A stretch of 64,000 nt of DNA, taken from positions 160,001 through 224,000 of the IMG/VR virus record IMGVR_UViG_3300015615_000629. One strand, given 5' to 3'. Shown here in pieces: positions 10,417 to 20,027 of the stretch (position 1 is the first letter of the stretch; every line of letters begins with the position of its first letter). The DNA comes from a virus. Its lineage: Duplodnaviria; Heunggongvirae; Uroviricota; Caudoviricetes. Both the position numbers and the translations under genes were made by a program. The notes beneath the pieces are model-generated. The model did not search any database. It was given only the letters and a program-made list of their open reading frames with translations, and was not told the origin of the DNA.

Positions 10417-10811
10417 TAAGACAGTCGCTTTACTATTGAATCAACTCGAACCTCAAACCACGCTTTTAAGGCTTCAGGATCGCCCTTTAAATTAGATGGC
10501 AGGTGGAGAATCACAGGTATTTCCTCCCCACCATTTACCACTAAATCAAGGTGTTTGTCAACTAGTGTACGAACCAAATCAGAAATTGATTTTCCAGTTT
10601 TTTTAGATGCAGCCTTAAGATTGTCGTGAATTCCTGATTCGACATGGAACATTACGGGCACTTCTTCTCCGTCAGTTACCACCAAATCCAAATGTTCGAC
10701 TAGTGTACGAACTAAATCAGAAACCGATTTTCCAGTTTTTTTAGATGCTACCTTAAGGTTGTCGTGAAGTTCGTCACCTAAACTAACACTCATTATTTTA
10801 AGTTTTGCCAT
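10416..10811 (-). CDS. Tandem ribbon-helix-helix (CopG-like) DNA-binding protein
   Basis: Two copies of HDNLK.ASKKTGKS.SDLVRTLV. Confidence 0.65.
   Translation of the reverse strand: MAKLKIMSVSLGDELHDNLKVASKKTGKSVSDLVRTLVEHLDLVVTDGEEVPVMFHVESGIHDNLKAASKKTGKSISDLVRTLVDKHLDLVVNGGEEIPVILHLPSNLKGDPEALKAWFEVRVDSIVKRLS
10561..10770. repeat. Intragenic direct repeat (about 70 nt, 138-nt period)
   Basis: actagtgtacgaac..aatcagaaa..gattttccagtttttttagatgc at 10561 and 10699. Confidence 0.85.
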
Positions 10812-10822
10812 ATATTTCCTTT

Positions 10823-11077
10823 TTAACCAAAATGATCTCTAAGTTTATCTCTCATTTCGCTTTTGCGACGAACTTCGGCTTCTTTTTGTTTCCGACGACG
10901 CTTTTGCGATTTACTTTCATATACTAATGATCGCTTATAGGCAGCAATAATTCCCAATTCTTTTACACGCTTGCGGAAAAGACCACGCATATCCTCGGCG
11001 GCTTTCTTTCTCTCCCCAAAGGATGCATTTGGGTCTGTAACCCTGTTTTCAACTCTTACTCTCGCTAATTTTCCCAT
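10823..11077 (-). CDS. rpsU: Ribosomal protein bS21-like
   Basis: FRKRVKELGIIAAYKRSLVYESKSQKRRRKQKEA fits the bS21 pattern. Confidence 0.75.
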   Translation of the reverse strand: MGKLARVRVENRVTDPNASFGERKKAAEDMRGLFRKRVKELGIIAAYKRSLVYESKSQKRRRKQKEAEVRRKSEMRDKLRDHFG

Positions 11078-11079
11078 AT

Positions 11080-12204
11080 TTAACTCTTTTTTGGTATAAA
11101 TCTAATTCCCATCTTCTTAAGTTTCCTTTCTCGAACAACCGAATAAGGAACTACTTCCAAGGATTCAGAAGAATTAGGCAAATCATAATCTTGCGAAACC
11201 ATCGATTCAACTTTAGCGGACAACAAATCAATAAAGTTAGATTTCCATAGCCCACGTGCTGAATTCTCTAATAGAGTAGAATTTGAAAAAATATAATTTT
11301 TAGGCAACCCTAAACTACACAAATCGTCAATTTCATACTCTTTCTGCCCGTTGTATCTGCCCCTTTCATCAAAAACTATATAAGGAGCCCTGGCAATAAT
11401 TGCAAGACGAGATACCTGATTAAACATGTCAACCACACAGTTGCAGCCCCGCATTGTTGCCAAAACATGCGAAATATTATTTGTATTCAAATAAATGCAG
11501 GATTCGACAAATTCCTGGGATAAATCGTAACTTAAATAATTTTTATGCAATACGGGCGTTATACCGGACTTTAGAAGGCTACCCACTACCTCAATCCAGA
11601 ATTCCTTGCTGATTCTTACCGTATCAAGCTTCCCATATCTCCAAAAATAAGCAAAAATACTCGGATAGAGAAAAACTTTGGGCTTTGATGTGGAAAACTG
11701 CCTGCTAAATTCCGGCCCAAGTACCCCTAAAGTAGGGATTGCCGGAAGATAACGCTTCACATGCATAAATTTATCCCAAAATCCCTGTTGTAAGCCATTA
11801 TTGTAAAATTGCTCAAACTCCTTAACGTCTACCACATCTTCAAAAAACTGATTAATATTCCTTAAAAAAGCAACAGCATGAGCTGAGTCGTTGGAAAAAT
11901 TATCAGATTCTAGATAAAGATTCTTTAGGAGAGCACCATCCTTCGGAGACCAATATTCATCTACAAAAGGAAATAAGTCCTCGTATCCAGGCCAAGAGCA
12001 TAATATAAAATACTTCGAACCCTTAAACATCTCCCTGTATCGCTTCAAAAGAAGCATAGACATGATAGCGGAAGAACGTACATTTCCGAAAAAAGGAAAT
12101 ATACAAATATTCGACATACTCGTAGGAATGTCTGCGTTTTTAAACCTATTACGTGCAAAACCAGCCTTTTCAGCCGCTCTATTAACAATCGAAACAATAT
12201 CCAT
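11080..12204 (-). CDS. Degenerate glycosyltransferase-like protein
   Basis: LFPFVDEYW, LAIIARAPYIVF; similar layout to neighbouring gene. Confidence 0.4.
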   Translation of the reverse strand: MDIVSIVNRAAEKAGFARNRFKNADIPTSMSNICIFPFFGNVRSSAIMSMLLLKRYREMFKGSKYFILCSWPGYEDLFPFVDEYWSPKDGALLKNLYLESDNFSNDSAHAVAFLRNINQFFEDVVDVKEFEQFYNNGLQQGFWDKFMHVKRYLPAIPTLGVLGPEFSRQFSTSKPKVFLYPSIFAYFWRYGKLDTVRISKEFWIEVVGSLLKSGITPVLHKNYLSYDLSQEFVESCIYLNTNNISHVLATMRGCNCVVDMFNQVSRLAIIARAPYIVFDERGRYNGQKEYEIDDLCSLGLPKNYIFSNSTLLENSARGLWKSNFIDLLSAKVESMVSQDYDLPNSSESLEVVPYSVVRERKLKKMGIRFIPKKS

Positions 12205-13376
12205 TAATGTTCAGTCCCAATCCTAAATGAGTTCTTATTTCTCATTTTTTCAACCATTTCAGCATTCACTAACCCAATGATATCCTCGTAATTGTCATCT
12301 TCCATCTCATTTATCGCACGCTCTACCAGATTTAAAGCCGCTTCGTTGTCATTATAAACATTCTTGTAATGCGAAACTACCAACTTACTAGGCCCAAAAC
12401 TACATAAATTACGCCTAAATCCTTCCTGACCATTTCCCCATATCTGATCCGGACTCTCAAATAACAAATACGGAACCCCCATTATCGCCGCTAACCGTGT
12501 CGATGCTGTCCAAAATTGAACAGTAAACTTTAACTGACTAATTATTGCTAAGGTTAATTCAAGATCTTTAGACTCATTCATTCTGGAAAAATCTACGATA
12601 TGGTCTACCGGACAAGGCATAGTGCTTTGTTTTTCACCCAACCAAATTGGATTATAACCCATATTCTCAAGCAATTTAATTAAATTTACGTAAAACTCAG
12701 GTTGCAGATTCCTTCCATAGAGTTTCCTGCCACGAGCGAAGATTCCTACCGGATTGGTTTTTAACAAGGCATTTGCTTGGGAAATTTTAGCCTCGCTTGG
12801 GCGTGGAATTCCACGTGCAAAATTCTTCCAATGCGGGACATCGGAGAAGATAGAATGAACTAAATCTTCACTTTTACATTTAGGACAAAATTCTTCATAT
12901 TTGTTACTTCCCCAAAAGGATTTGCAGGATTTACAGGTGTTTCCAATGGCCACTTTACCTAAATTCTCCGCAGTAACTATTTTTCCTATTTCTAAAAGAC
13001 TTTTTTCTATTCTAGTAAGGTTTATTGACCTGTGGTGAAAGGCTTTAGCGTATTCACGAAGCCATTGATGTTCTTCCGGCAATTCCCAGAATTCGTCGGC
13101 TAAATGCTTATAAAGGTAACTTCTACCGTACCAGCCGACAACAATGTTATAGTAGCCTGGGAATTGTTGAAGAACTCTTGGAATGCAATAGAGACAACCC
13201 ACCATTTCGCAGCCAAATTCATTAAAAGCCGATATAAAAAGTATCTTTTTATAGTCTTTAGGACGGGGACGACCATTGAATTTATGGACACGAAAGTTAA
13301 TTTTGTCCAAAGTTTTCTCTTTGGCAATTGGTTTACAATCACCGAAGTTACGTAAAATATAGGGGAAATACCTCAT
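12204..13376 (-). CDS. Glycosyltransferase family 9 (heptosyltransferase)-like protein
   Basis: PIWLGEK...DFSR...DLELTLAIISQLKF...TASTRLAAIMGVPYLLF; start set at ATG 13376 (ATGA overlap). Confidence 0.55.
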   Translation of the reverse strand: MRYFPYILRNFGDCKPIAKEKTLDKINFRVHKFNGRPRPKDYKKILFISAFNEFGCEMVGCLYCIPRVLQQFPGYYNIVVGWYGRSYLYKHLADEFWELPEEHQWLREYAKAFHHRSINLTRIEKSLLEIGKIVTAENLGKVAIGNTCKSCKSFWGSNKYEEFCPKCKSEDLVHSIFSDVPHWKNFARGIPRPSEAKISQANALLKTNPVGIFARGRKLYGRNLQPEFYVNLIKLLENMGYNPIWLGEKQSTMPCPVDHIVDFSRMNESKDLELTLAIISQLKFTVQFWTASTRLAAIMGVPYLLFESPDQIWGNGQEGFRRNLCSFGPSKLVVSHYKNVYNDNEAALNLVERAINEMEDDNYEDIIGLVNAEMVEKMRNKNSFRIGTEH

Positions 13377-13549
13377 TGGCCTTTTATTCTCAACATTTTG
13401 GCAGGGCGTCCGCACTTGGGACACTTAAATTTGCGCGGACCCCCACACTTGGAGCAACCTTTAGGGATCTCAATAAAGTCGGTCAAATCAATAGACCGAC
13501 CTGGAGTTGTTTTAGCCCACCCGCAAGCGGAACAACGAATTATAAACAT
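13373..13549 (-). CDS. 58-aa zinc-ribbon protein
   Basis: Hand-translated MFIIRCSACGW...GCSKCGGPRKFKCPKCGRPAKMLRIKGQ, three CxxC, stop overlaps next ATG. Confidence 0.75.
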   Translation of the reverse strand: MFIIRCSACGWAKTTPGRSIDLTDFIEIPKGCSKCGGPRKFKCPKCGRPAKMLRIKGQ

Positions 13550-13555
13550 GCACTA

Positions 13556-14113
13556 TTAGAGTAGTGCCGGAGAAAAGATAATTTGACTGCTTTTTGGAAA
13601 TAACAAACGTTTTGGTACAGAAGGACAAGGCATGGTAAATCGCATTTCCAATCTTTGCTTCTCGAAAGCAGAATTCAAATAAGCAGCCGAGTCTCTGTTT
13701 TGAAGATAACTGCTACAAAGAGAAAAATAGGTCTGCCAGAAACAACCCGCCAAATAAACGAACGTATCCTCATCACACCTCCAATCGTCTTTTACCAATC
13801 CGGTACAAACATTAAAACCATGTCCGAAGATATTGGTAAGCCCAGAGGGATAGATTAACCCATCATCCCCATAGAGTCCGAAATAGAAATTCAAATCACG
13901 ATCAAACATGAAAAAATGCTCAGGAACATAAACTGACTTCGGGCCAGGGGTTAAGTGTTCATATTGATCGATCCAAGTGGACTTATGATGTTTGTATTTA
14001 AATAGCAATGTCCTCTTAGCAGGAGGACATACACCAATGTATCCCAAACTATTTCGGATTATTTCCATTACAGAGCCTTTCGACTTCTTCGTATGTAATT
14101 TCGTCGTAATCAC
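13556..14113 (-). CDS. Prokaryotic E2 (family D/PRTRC-B)-like protein
   Basis: YVPEHFF...PSGLTNIFGHGFNVCTG...FWQTYF. Confidence 0.45.
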   Translation of the reverse strand: MITTKLHTKKSKGSVMEIIRNSLGYIGVCPPAKRTLLFKYKHHKSTWIDQYEHLTPGPKSVYVPEHFFMFDRDLNFYFGLYGDDGLIYPSGLTNIFGHGFNVCTGLVKDDWRCDEDTFVYLAGCFWQTYFSLCSSYLQNRDSAAYLNSAFEKQRLEMRFTMPCPSVPKRLLFPKSSQIIFSPALL

Positions 14114-14552
14114 AAATAGGACTTCGGCAGTTATCGAAATATTTTACAATGGTTCCATCCTGCAAGCCCCACGAAAACTTAGTATAAGCCCCTGGTAGTG
14201 AGTCAATGGTAAACGCAGTAGTCCAAAATAAACTAGCAATACCATTAAATACATGTTCCGGCGTAGTTCGAGAAACGAAACGTTTTCCGAGACAGATAGT
14301 ACCGTTGAGTGACACATAATTCGGCAGAGCTGGAAGAAAATAAGAGTCGTTTTCTTTTGCTAAAGCAACCAAATAAGCATGAAAATCCGAGCCATGCCAA
14401 GATTCAGCATAAAACCCAGGAAAGAAATGCATCTCTGGGAATTGAAGGTAGTGCGTAGACGACCCATATTTAATCGATCTTTTCGATGCTTTTTGAACGA
14501 TATGAGCCATAAGAAAGTTCAAATCGCCCATAGTGGTTTTGTAAAATCTCAT
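14049..14552 (-). CDS. Prokaryotic E2 (family D/PRTRC-B)-like protein
   Basis: LQFPEMHFF...PALPNYVSLNGTICLG...FWTTAF. Confidence 0.5.
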   Translation of the reverse strand: MRFYKTTMGDLNFLMAHIVQKASKRSIKYGSSTHYLQFPEMHFFPGFYAESWHGSDFHAYLVALAKENDSYFLPALPNYVSLNGTICLGKRFVSRTTPEHVFNGIASLFWTTAFTIDSLPGAYTKFSWGLQDGTIVKYFDNCRSPICDYDEITYEEVERLCNGNNPK

Positions 14553-15652
14553 TTTCTCATCAATCGGAAAATTCGACTAATTTCTTTTTGATTAATGGCC
14601 TTTACCAGATTATCACGTACATTTTCTTCGTCATCCGGATCAAAAGCCAACCCTTCCAAATCTATCTTATAGGCACCCGCACCAAATTTACCGCCACCCG
14701 AGCCGAATTTACCAGCAATTTGCCGACACAAATCAGGCACAGATACAGACGGATTTGACGAACGTATTGACCCCTCGATTCTTTCCCCGTCAATAATAGC
14801 AAACGTAATCGCCGTCTTAACGTCTTCCCATTGAACCATTTCCGAAGCCATATCGGCTATAACATCCCGCTGCTTCCAAGGGATTATGCCCAATCCCACA
14901 ACAGCAACGCCATCATCAACCGTGGCTTGTTTTACCGCTTCTGCCTTCATGTCAACCCACAACTTAGGGCGTTGATAGTTGATAATATGCTTTAAAGCCG
15001 AAGAATCCCTAAATTCAAACAAATCCGACCAAGCTTTGAATTCATATTCAGTAGTGTCATCAGACATTAAATGGTCTGTATCTGTCACGATACCTACCAT
15101 TAAGGCTGTAGCCACCTTTGAATCGGAATCATTATCATCTTGAAACGTCAAACCGCTTTCTTCAATCAAGGAATACATGGTTCCGCAACAAGAACCAGCC
15201 TTTATATTGAAGAACAACCCCTTAAACCCACCATTTGGCACTTCACGATGATGGTCAAAAACTACATCAAAGCTTATATTGTGCAAACCAGTGCCCGCAT
15301 TCGCCGGAACCGTATCACACAACATAAACATCTGATAATTGTCCGGACAAAGACTTTCAATTGGGTCTAGGCGAACACCTAATAGATTTACCATTGAACG
15401 ATTCTGAGGATGGCTTATTTTGCCATCATAAAAGATATCTGACTCAATACCGTAAAGACGATAAAGAAGCCAAGATAGAGAAAGAAGGCTGCCAATGGCG
15501 TCTGGGTCGGGACAGCTGTGACTGAATAACGCTACACGTTTTTCTCTGTTTTCTGGATTTTCGAATAGGGAAAAGAATTTCGCAAACTTCTTTTCCAACT
15601 TTTTAGGAGCCTCTTCTAGAGATAAGCCGCTTTCCATTTTTTTCTCAATCAC
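14549..15652 (-). CDS. DHH/DHHA1 phosphoesterase (NrnA-like)
   Basis: HSCPDPDAIGS, DHH, GIVTDT, GSIRS, GGG motifs. Confidence 0.9.
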   Translation of the reverse strand: MIEKKMESGLSLEEAPKKLEKKFAKFFSLFENPENREKRVALFSHSCPDPDAIGSLLSLSWLLYRLYGIESDIFYDGKISHPQNRSMVNLLGVRLDPIESLCPDNYQMFMLCDTVPANAGTGLHNISFDVVFDHHREVPNGGFKGLFFNIKAGSCCGTMYSLIEESGLTFQDDNDSDSKVATALMVGIVTDTDHLMSDDTTEYEFKAWSDLFEFRDSSALKHIINYQRPKLWVDMKAEAVKQATVDDGVAVVGLGIIPWKQRDVIADMASEMVQWEDVKTAITFAIIDGERIEGSIRSSNPSVSVPDLCRQIAGKFGSGGGKFGAGAYKIDLEGLAFDPDDEENVRDNLVKAINQKEISRIFRLMRK

Positions 15653-15682
15653 CTACAACTTAGGATTGCCCCGCAAACCACT

Positions 15683-15710
15683 ATTATAGCACATCCACAG
15701 TTTTTGTAAA
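15683..15710 (-). promoter_or_regulatory. Sigma70-type promoter
   Basis: TTTACA-16 nt-TATAAT with extended -10 TG. Confidence 0.65.
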
Positions 15711-15738
15711 GCGTTGTAACTCCCTGTCTGTAAATAAC

Positions 15739-16137
15739 TTACTTCCACACCAAATTATTGTCAGTCAACCACTCAGAAAGCCGTATTTCATCGGCTTGTT
15801 TGTCAACCACGATATCGACAACCCAAATGTCGCCTATCTTTTTTCTCAGGATGGCCCGTGGATTACGCGAAGAATGAATAAGACGAACGATCTTATCTTT
15901 GGCATCGGGGGTTACATTGACTGCGAGCCGCCCATGAATCTTTTCCCCATTTTCTAATTTTATTTCAAATTCATTGGCACTGAGCACACTAATAGATTGA
16001 ACAATTTCTACTCTGGCTGGAACGATTGGTTGTCCGTCTATGGCAGATACACCTAAAAATGTACGCTTAATAACCACTCCACCCGTAATTAAGAGAAGGA
16101 TGGAGAAAGTTACTATGAACCATAGATTCCGTTTCAC
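15739..16137 (-). CDS. Membrane-anchored hypothetical protein
   Basis: N-terminal hydrophobic helix. Confidence 0.55.
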   Translation of the reverse strand: MKRNLWFIVTFSILLLITGGVVIKRTFLGVSAIDGQPIVPARVEIVQSISVLSANEFEIKLENGEKIHGRLAVNVTPDAKDKIVRLIHSSRNPRAILRKKIGDIWVVDIVVDKQADEIRLSEWLTDNNLVWK

Positions 16138-16682
16138 TACTCCCTTTCGCCAACTTTGCCATGCGGAAATTCTTGCCCTAACATTGTGCTAAATTCATCA
16201 ATCTTTTCCTTCAAATCATTTAATTGCTTTTCAAATTTAGCAACGTCGTCACCCTTGGTTTCAGCAGTAAGAAGTTTACCTTGCAATTCGTGAAGTTTGA
16301 TCTTCATTTCATTTAATTCGTTCAAATCCTCATCTGTATAGGTAGCACCTGTGCCCCTTGGCTCTAGGCTATCATCGTTACCAGTTGTGTTGGGATGAAC
16401 CGGATTAGGAGAACTAGCCATAACCTTGGCTACATCTTGAACGGCAGTTTCAACAAGAATACTAGTACCATCGTCCCCTTCCAGAACTAACTCTTTTACT
16501 TTATCCCAATATTTGGAATCAATATCTTTGGGGTCGATCTTCTCTTTACGTTCAGACAGACCTCCATAAAAACTATCTGTGGTGTTTTTAGCAAAAGGAA
16601 TTTCTTCCTTCTTCTTGGGAAACAAGTGTTGATTTTCTTCCCACTTCTTCTGCCAGTTTTCTAATTCGTCTCTGTGATCCAT
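16137..16682 (-). CDS. Coiled-coil protein, probable late gene
   Basis: TATATA 7 nt upstream of ATG. Confidence 0.55.
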   Translation of the reverse strand: MDHRDELENWQKKWEENQHLFPKKKEEIPFAKNTTDSFYGGLSERKEKIDPKDIDSKYWDKVKELVLEGDDGTSILVETAVQDVAKVMASSPNPVHPNTTGNDDSLEPRGTGATYTDEDLNELNEMKIKLHELQGKLLTAETKGDDVAKFEKQLNDLKEKIDEFSTMLGQEFPHGKVGERE

Positions 16683-16700
16683 AATAACCTATATAGCTTT

Positions 16701-17111
16701 TTAAATATCTGTTTTTGAGGTAAATTGGTCAATGTTAAGAAGTGATATGCTGCTCCAATGGGGACTGTTTTCAGGAATATGTTCCTTTTTTGTATAAAAA
16801 TACATCTCTCCAGTATACCGATACACCTTCTCTAATACCTCTTCTCTAGTCATTCCATCAATTAAGTCTTGACATATCTCCCGAGGAATTCGCATAGAAT
16901 CACTATGAGAAGCATGAAACAACTTTCTCATTAATTGCACAGCAGAATAAGCCTTATCCGTATTCAAAAGCAAATCTACCAAATTTGCCTTTTCATTTGA
17001 ATTAACAAACTCCGCAGTAAAGGTGAAACAAGCCATTACTTGTCCCTTTTGCGGCTTGTGCTTCCTTACATCAAAGAAATATTCATTAAAGTTTTCGTCA
17101 GTTATATTCAT
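16701..17111 (-). CDS. Hypothetical protein
   Basis: 136-aa ORF coupled to dnaE C-half. Confidence 0.55.
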   Translation of the reverse strand: MNITDENFNEYFFDVRKHKPQKGQVMACFTFTAEFVNSNEKANLVDLLLNTDKAYSAVQLMRKLFHASHSDSMRIPREICQDLIDGMTREEVLEKVYRYTGEMYFYTKKEHIPENSPHWSSISLLNIDQFTSKTDI

Positions 17112-19579
17112 TGCATTAAAATTAATCGATAATCTTGATTCTTAGGTGGAATCTTATGGAATCTAGGATAAGTATCAAAAGTAAAGTTGTTAAATCCACC
17201 TTCTGGGCGTCTTACACGGATTTGCAGATTATTGCCATGTTTGTAATCTTCATTCCATTCACCAAATTCTTCCTTAAATCTCTCGAAATCACTACTCCAA
17301 ACCGTCACTCTTTCCCGCCTAAAATTCTCATCCTCAACGGTTAATTGATAACAATGTCCTTTTCCACTCTTAAATTCTCTTCTCTCTGGCTTTTCAATAA
17401 CCCTTACTTGAACCGGCATAACAGAGATGTCTTCTTCTGTGTCGAATTGACCGAAACCCATGCCAGGAGTATAGTTTAAACTTGTTTCTAATGGACTGTT
17501 CCAACTAAATCCATAGTATTTAACATCCGCATAGTGCTGTTCTAATGTATACATTTCATGTAATTCAGCAAGAATTTCTCCAGTTGGAGTGAAATCACTT
17601 AAAGAAATTAAATTTTCTATATTTTCCAGTTTTTCCTTTTGGTCGGCCAACGTTTTGTGCCATCGTCTTATTAAAGCAGATAATTTCTTATCATCTGTCT
17701 CTTCTAATATAGTAAATGTTTCTTCTGTCGCGTCCGGAATAAATTCCTTTAATTTTTCTACCATGTTTTCTCTGGACTTAGCAAACGATTTCAATCTAGT
17801 CTTTATTTTCTTCTTATGGTCGCTCCAATAGGCATAATATTCCCATAATACGACTCTAGGGGCTTCTTGGAATAGGTTTAAACCAATAATTGGCTTCATA
17901 ATAGTAGCACTTGGCTCAACTCTTTCTAGGAAGTCTTCGAAATTTTCGAAGGGTTGCTTGCTGGCGATATCGGCAGCGACTTCATATCCAATACCTTTAA
18001 TATTGGATATTCCCATATAGATTTTATCGTTTTTAATTGAGAACAAAGATTCTGAAATGTTTAGGTCAACAGGATTGATATCAATCCCCATTCGTCTGGC
18101 TTCAAGACGATATTCCCTAATCTTCTCTTCTTTACTTTCACACATAAGAATCGCTGTAAAGAACTCAAGCGGATAATGTGCTTTAAGATAAAGAAGCCTC
18201 GAAGAGGTAATAGTATAGCCGACAGAATGTGCTCTATTGAACCCATAACCACTGAAGGCATCGATTTGTTCCCATAAATTCTGAATTTCTTCGAGAGAAC
18301 AACCAAGCACCTTTTGCCCGTTCTCTATGAACATCTTCTGATAGGATTTAAATATCTTCTCTTTTTTCTTGGAAATGGCCTTTCTTACGATTTCACAATC
18401 TTTTAACGGAATCTTTCCAACTACGTGAAGAATACACATTATCTGTTCTTGAAATACCATCACTGAATAGGTTTTTCCAAGAATAGGCTTCAACACAGGA
18501 TGAATAACATATTCTTCTAACCCTTTCTTTCTTCTAGTATAAGCATCGTGCATCTTCATCTTCATAGGGCCGGGACGATAAAGAGCAGTATAAGCAACTA
18601 AATCTTCAAAATTATCGACACCACCTGCTTTAACCAGATTCCTAATTCCTTCGCTGTCAAATTGAAATACACATCTTAATTCCCCATTGTTAGCCATTTC
18701 CAAGGCTTTAGGATCATTCAAATAAGTCTCATCCGACCAGTCTTTTTGTCCAGGCAAAGCACAGATTTTTTCAAGCCCATGTCTTTCTTTAACTAACTTC
18801 GATGCATAGGCAATTTGTAGCAAATTGATAATGCTTAGAACGTCAAACTTAATCAGTCCTACAGGCTGCAAATCTGTGGCGTGCAACCCTTCTACCCATG
18901 CCGAAACACGATTTCCTTCACCATCAATGATGATTGGAACAAATTCATCCAAATCCACCGAAGAAATAATTAATCCACCGGCATGCTTTCCCTTCTGTTT
19001 ATTCCTATGCAATAGTCGTTTGGCTGCGTCTGTTACCTCGGGATTGTTTACACAATATTGTCTAAACTCGTCGCTCATCTTAAGAGCTTCGTCCCAGGTC
19101 AAGACGTTTCCATCGTCGTCTTTGATACCCATTTTGGTTGAGAATTCATAGATTTCAGACTTGGGTTTGCTGAAAACCTTAGCCATATCCAATAAAGAAT
19201 TCTTAATGCCAAAAGTGGCATAATTTCCAATTAAACAAACTCGGTTCTCACCGAATTGTTCCTTGGCCCATTGTTCCCTGATATACTTTTGAACGACGGG
19301 AAGATAATCTACGTCAATATCAGGGAAGTCGCCGTAAGTGTATTCCGGCTCTTTGCTTATATCGAAATCTTCTACAATTCCCAACAACCAGGGAACAAGA
19401 AGATTATTGACATTAGAAGGGTACTTCGTACCCTGTTGGTAGAGGTCTATAAAGTAATCGTACTCGTTCTGATCATCAATATCTTGAAGTTCAAGTTCTA
19501 ATCTTTTACTATATTCTTCACCTAAAGCCTTTATTTGCAAAGACTTACGGCAAAGTTCAACTAGTTTTTCCTTCATCAT
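17108..19579 (-). CDS. dnaE: DNA polymerase III alpha, C-terminal (catalytic/fingers/OB) half
   Basis: FPDIDVDY, GKHAGG, GLIKFDVL, VFQFDSEG, ALYRPGP, FQEQIM, YGFNRAHS, LKAHYP; no PHP domain. Confidence 0.95.
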   Translation of the reverse strand: MMKEKLVELCRKSLQIKALGEEYSKRLELELQDIDDQNEYDYFIDLYQQGTKYPSNVNNLLVPWLLGIVEDFDISKEPEYTYGDFPDIDVDYLPVVQKYIREQWAKEQFGENRVCLIGNYATFGIKNSLLDMAKVFSKPKSEIYEFSTKMGIKDDDGNVLTWDEALKMSDEFRQYCVNNPEVTDAAKRLLHRNKQKGKHAGGLIISSVDLDEFVPIIIDGEGNRVSAWVEGLHATDLQPVGLIKFDVLSIINLLQIAYASKLVKERHGLEKICALPGQKDWSDETYLNDPKALEMANNGELRCVFQFDSEGIRNLVKAGGVDNFEDLVAYTALYRPGPMKMKMHDAYTRRKKGLEEYVIHPVLKPILGKTYSVMVFQEQIMCILHVVGKIPLKDCEIVRKAISKKKEKIFKSYQKMFIENGQKVLGCSLEEIQNLWEQIDAFSGYGFNRAHSVGYTITSSRLLYLKAHYPLEFFTAILMCESKEEKIREYRLEARRMGIDINPVDLNISESLFSIKNDKIYMGISNIKGIGYEVAADIASKQPFENFEDFLERVEPSATIMKPIIGLNLFQEAPRVVLWEYYAYWSDHKKKIKTRLKSFAKSRENMVEKLKEFIPDATEETFTILEETDDKKLSALIRRWHKTLADQKEKLENIENLISLSDFTPTGEILAELHEMYTLEQHYADVKYYGFSWNSPLETSLNYTPGMGFGQFDTEEDISVMPVQVRVIEKPERREFKSGKGHCYQLTVEDENFRRERVTVWSSDFERFKEEFGEWNEDYKHGNNLQIRVRRPEGGFNNFTFDTYPRFHKIPPKNQDYRLILMQ

Positions 19580-20027
19580 TAAATACGGTTTTTAAATATT
19601 CTATAACAAACTTTTCGATACCAGGACAGGTAGATTCTCGATTGCCTGCCACGTTAAGGACTTTAATATTGTGGTGTGCCAACCATTTTCTTACAACATT
19701 ATGGTCGATTGGCTTATTTACGTCTATATCGATATGGGGCTTGCCAATCTTTTCGATAGCTTTGAAGGTGCAGCGTTCTCCAGGGGAGTGAAAGTTGCTC
19801 GCAAATCTTATGGTTCCGTCTGAATCGTGGACATTAGCATATGTTCTTAAATTGTAATGTGAAGATTTATGTTCAACGGCTCCGTACAGAAGAGCGTATT
19901 CCGGATGGTTTCCTGTTTCATTAAGGAAACCTTTCGGCATAGTGCCTCCTGTCTCAAAGCCCAATTCTTTGGCGGCTTTGAGTCCACCTAAATCTGCTCC
20001 TGTCTGTAATCCCGACAAGAATTTCAA
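19557..20027 (-). CDS. SLOG/YpsA-like putative molybdenum-carrier family protein
   Basis: SGLQTGADLGGL, RTYANVHDSDGT, LNVAGNRES. Confidence 0.85.
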   Translation of the reverse strand: MKFLSGLQTGADLGGLKAAKELGFETGGTMPKGFLNETGNHPEYALLYGAVEHKSSHYNLRTYANVHDSDGTIRFASNFHSPGERCTFKAIEKIGKPHIDIDVNKPIDHNVVRKWLAHHNIKVLNVAGNRESTCPGIEKFVIEYLKTVFNDEGKTS

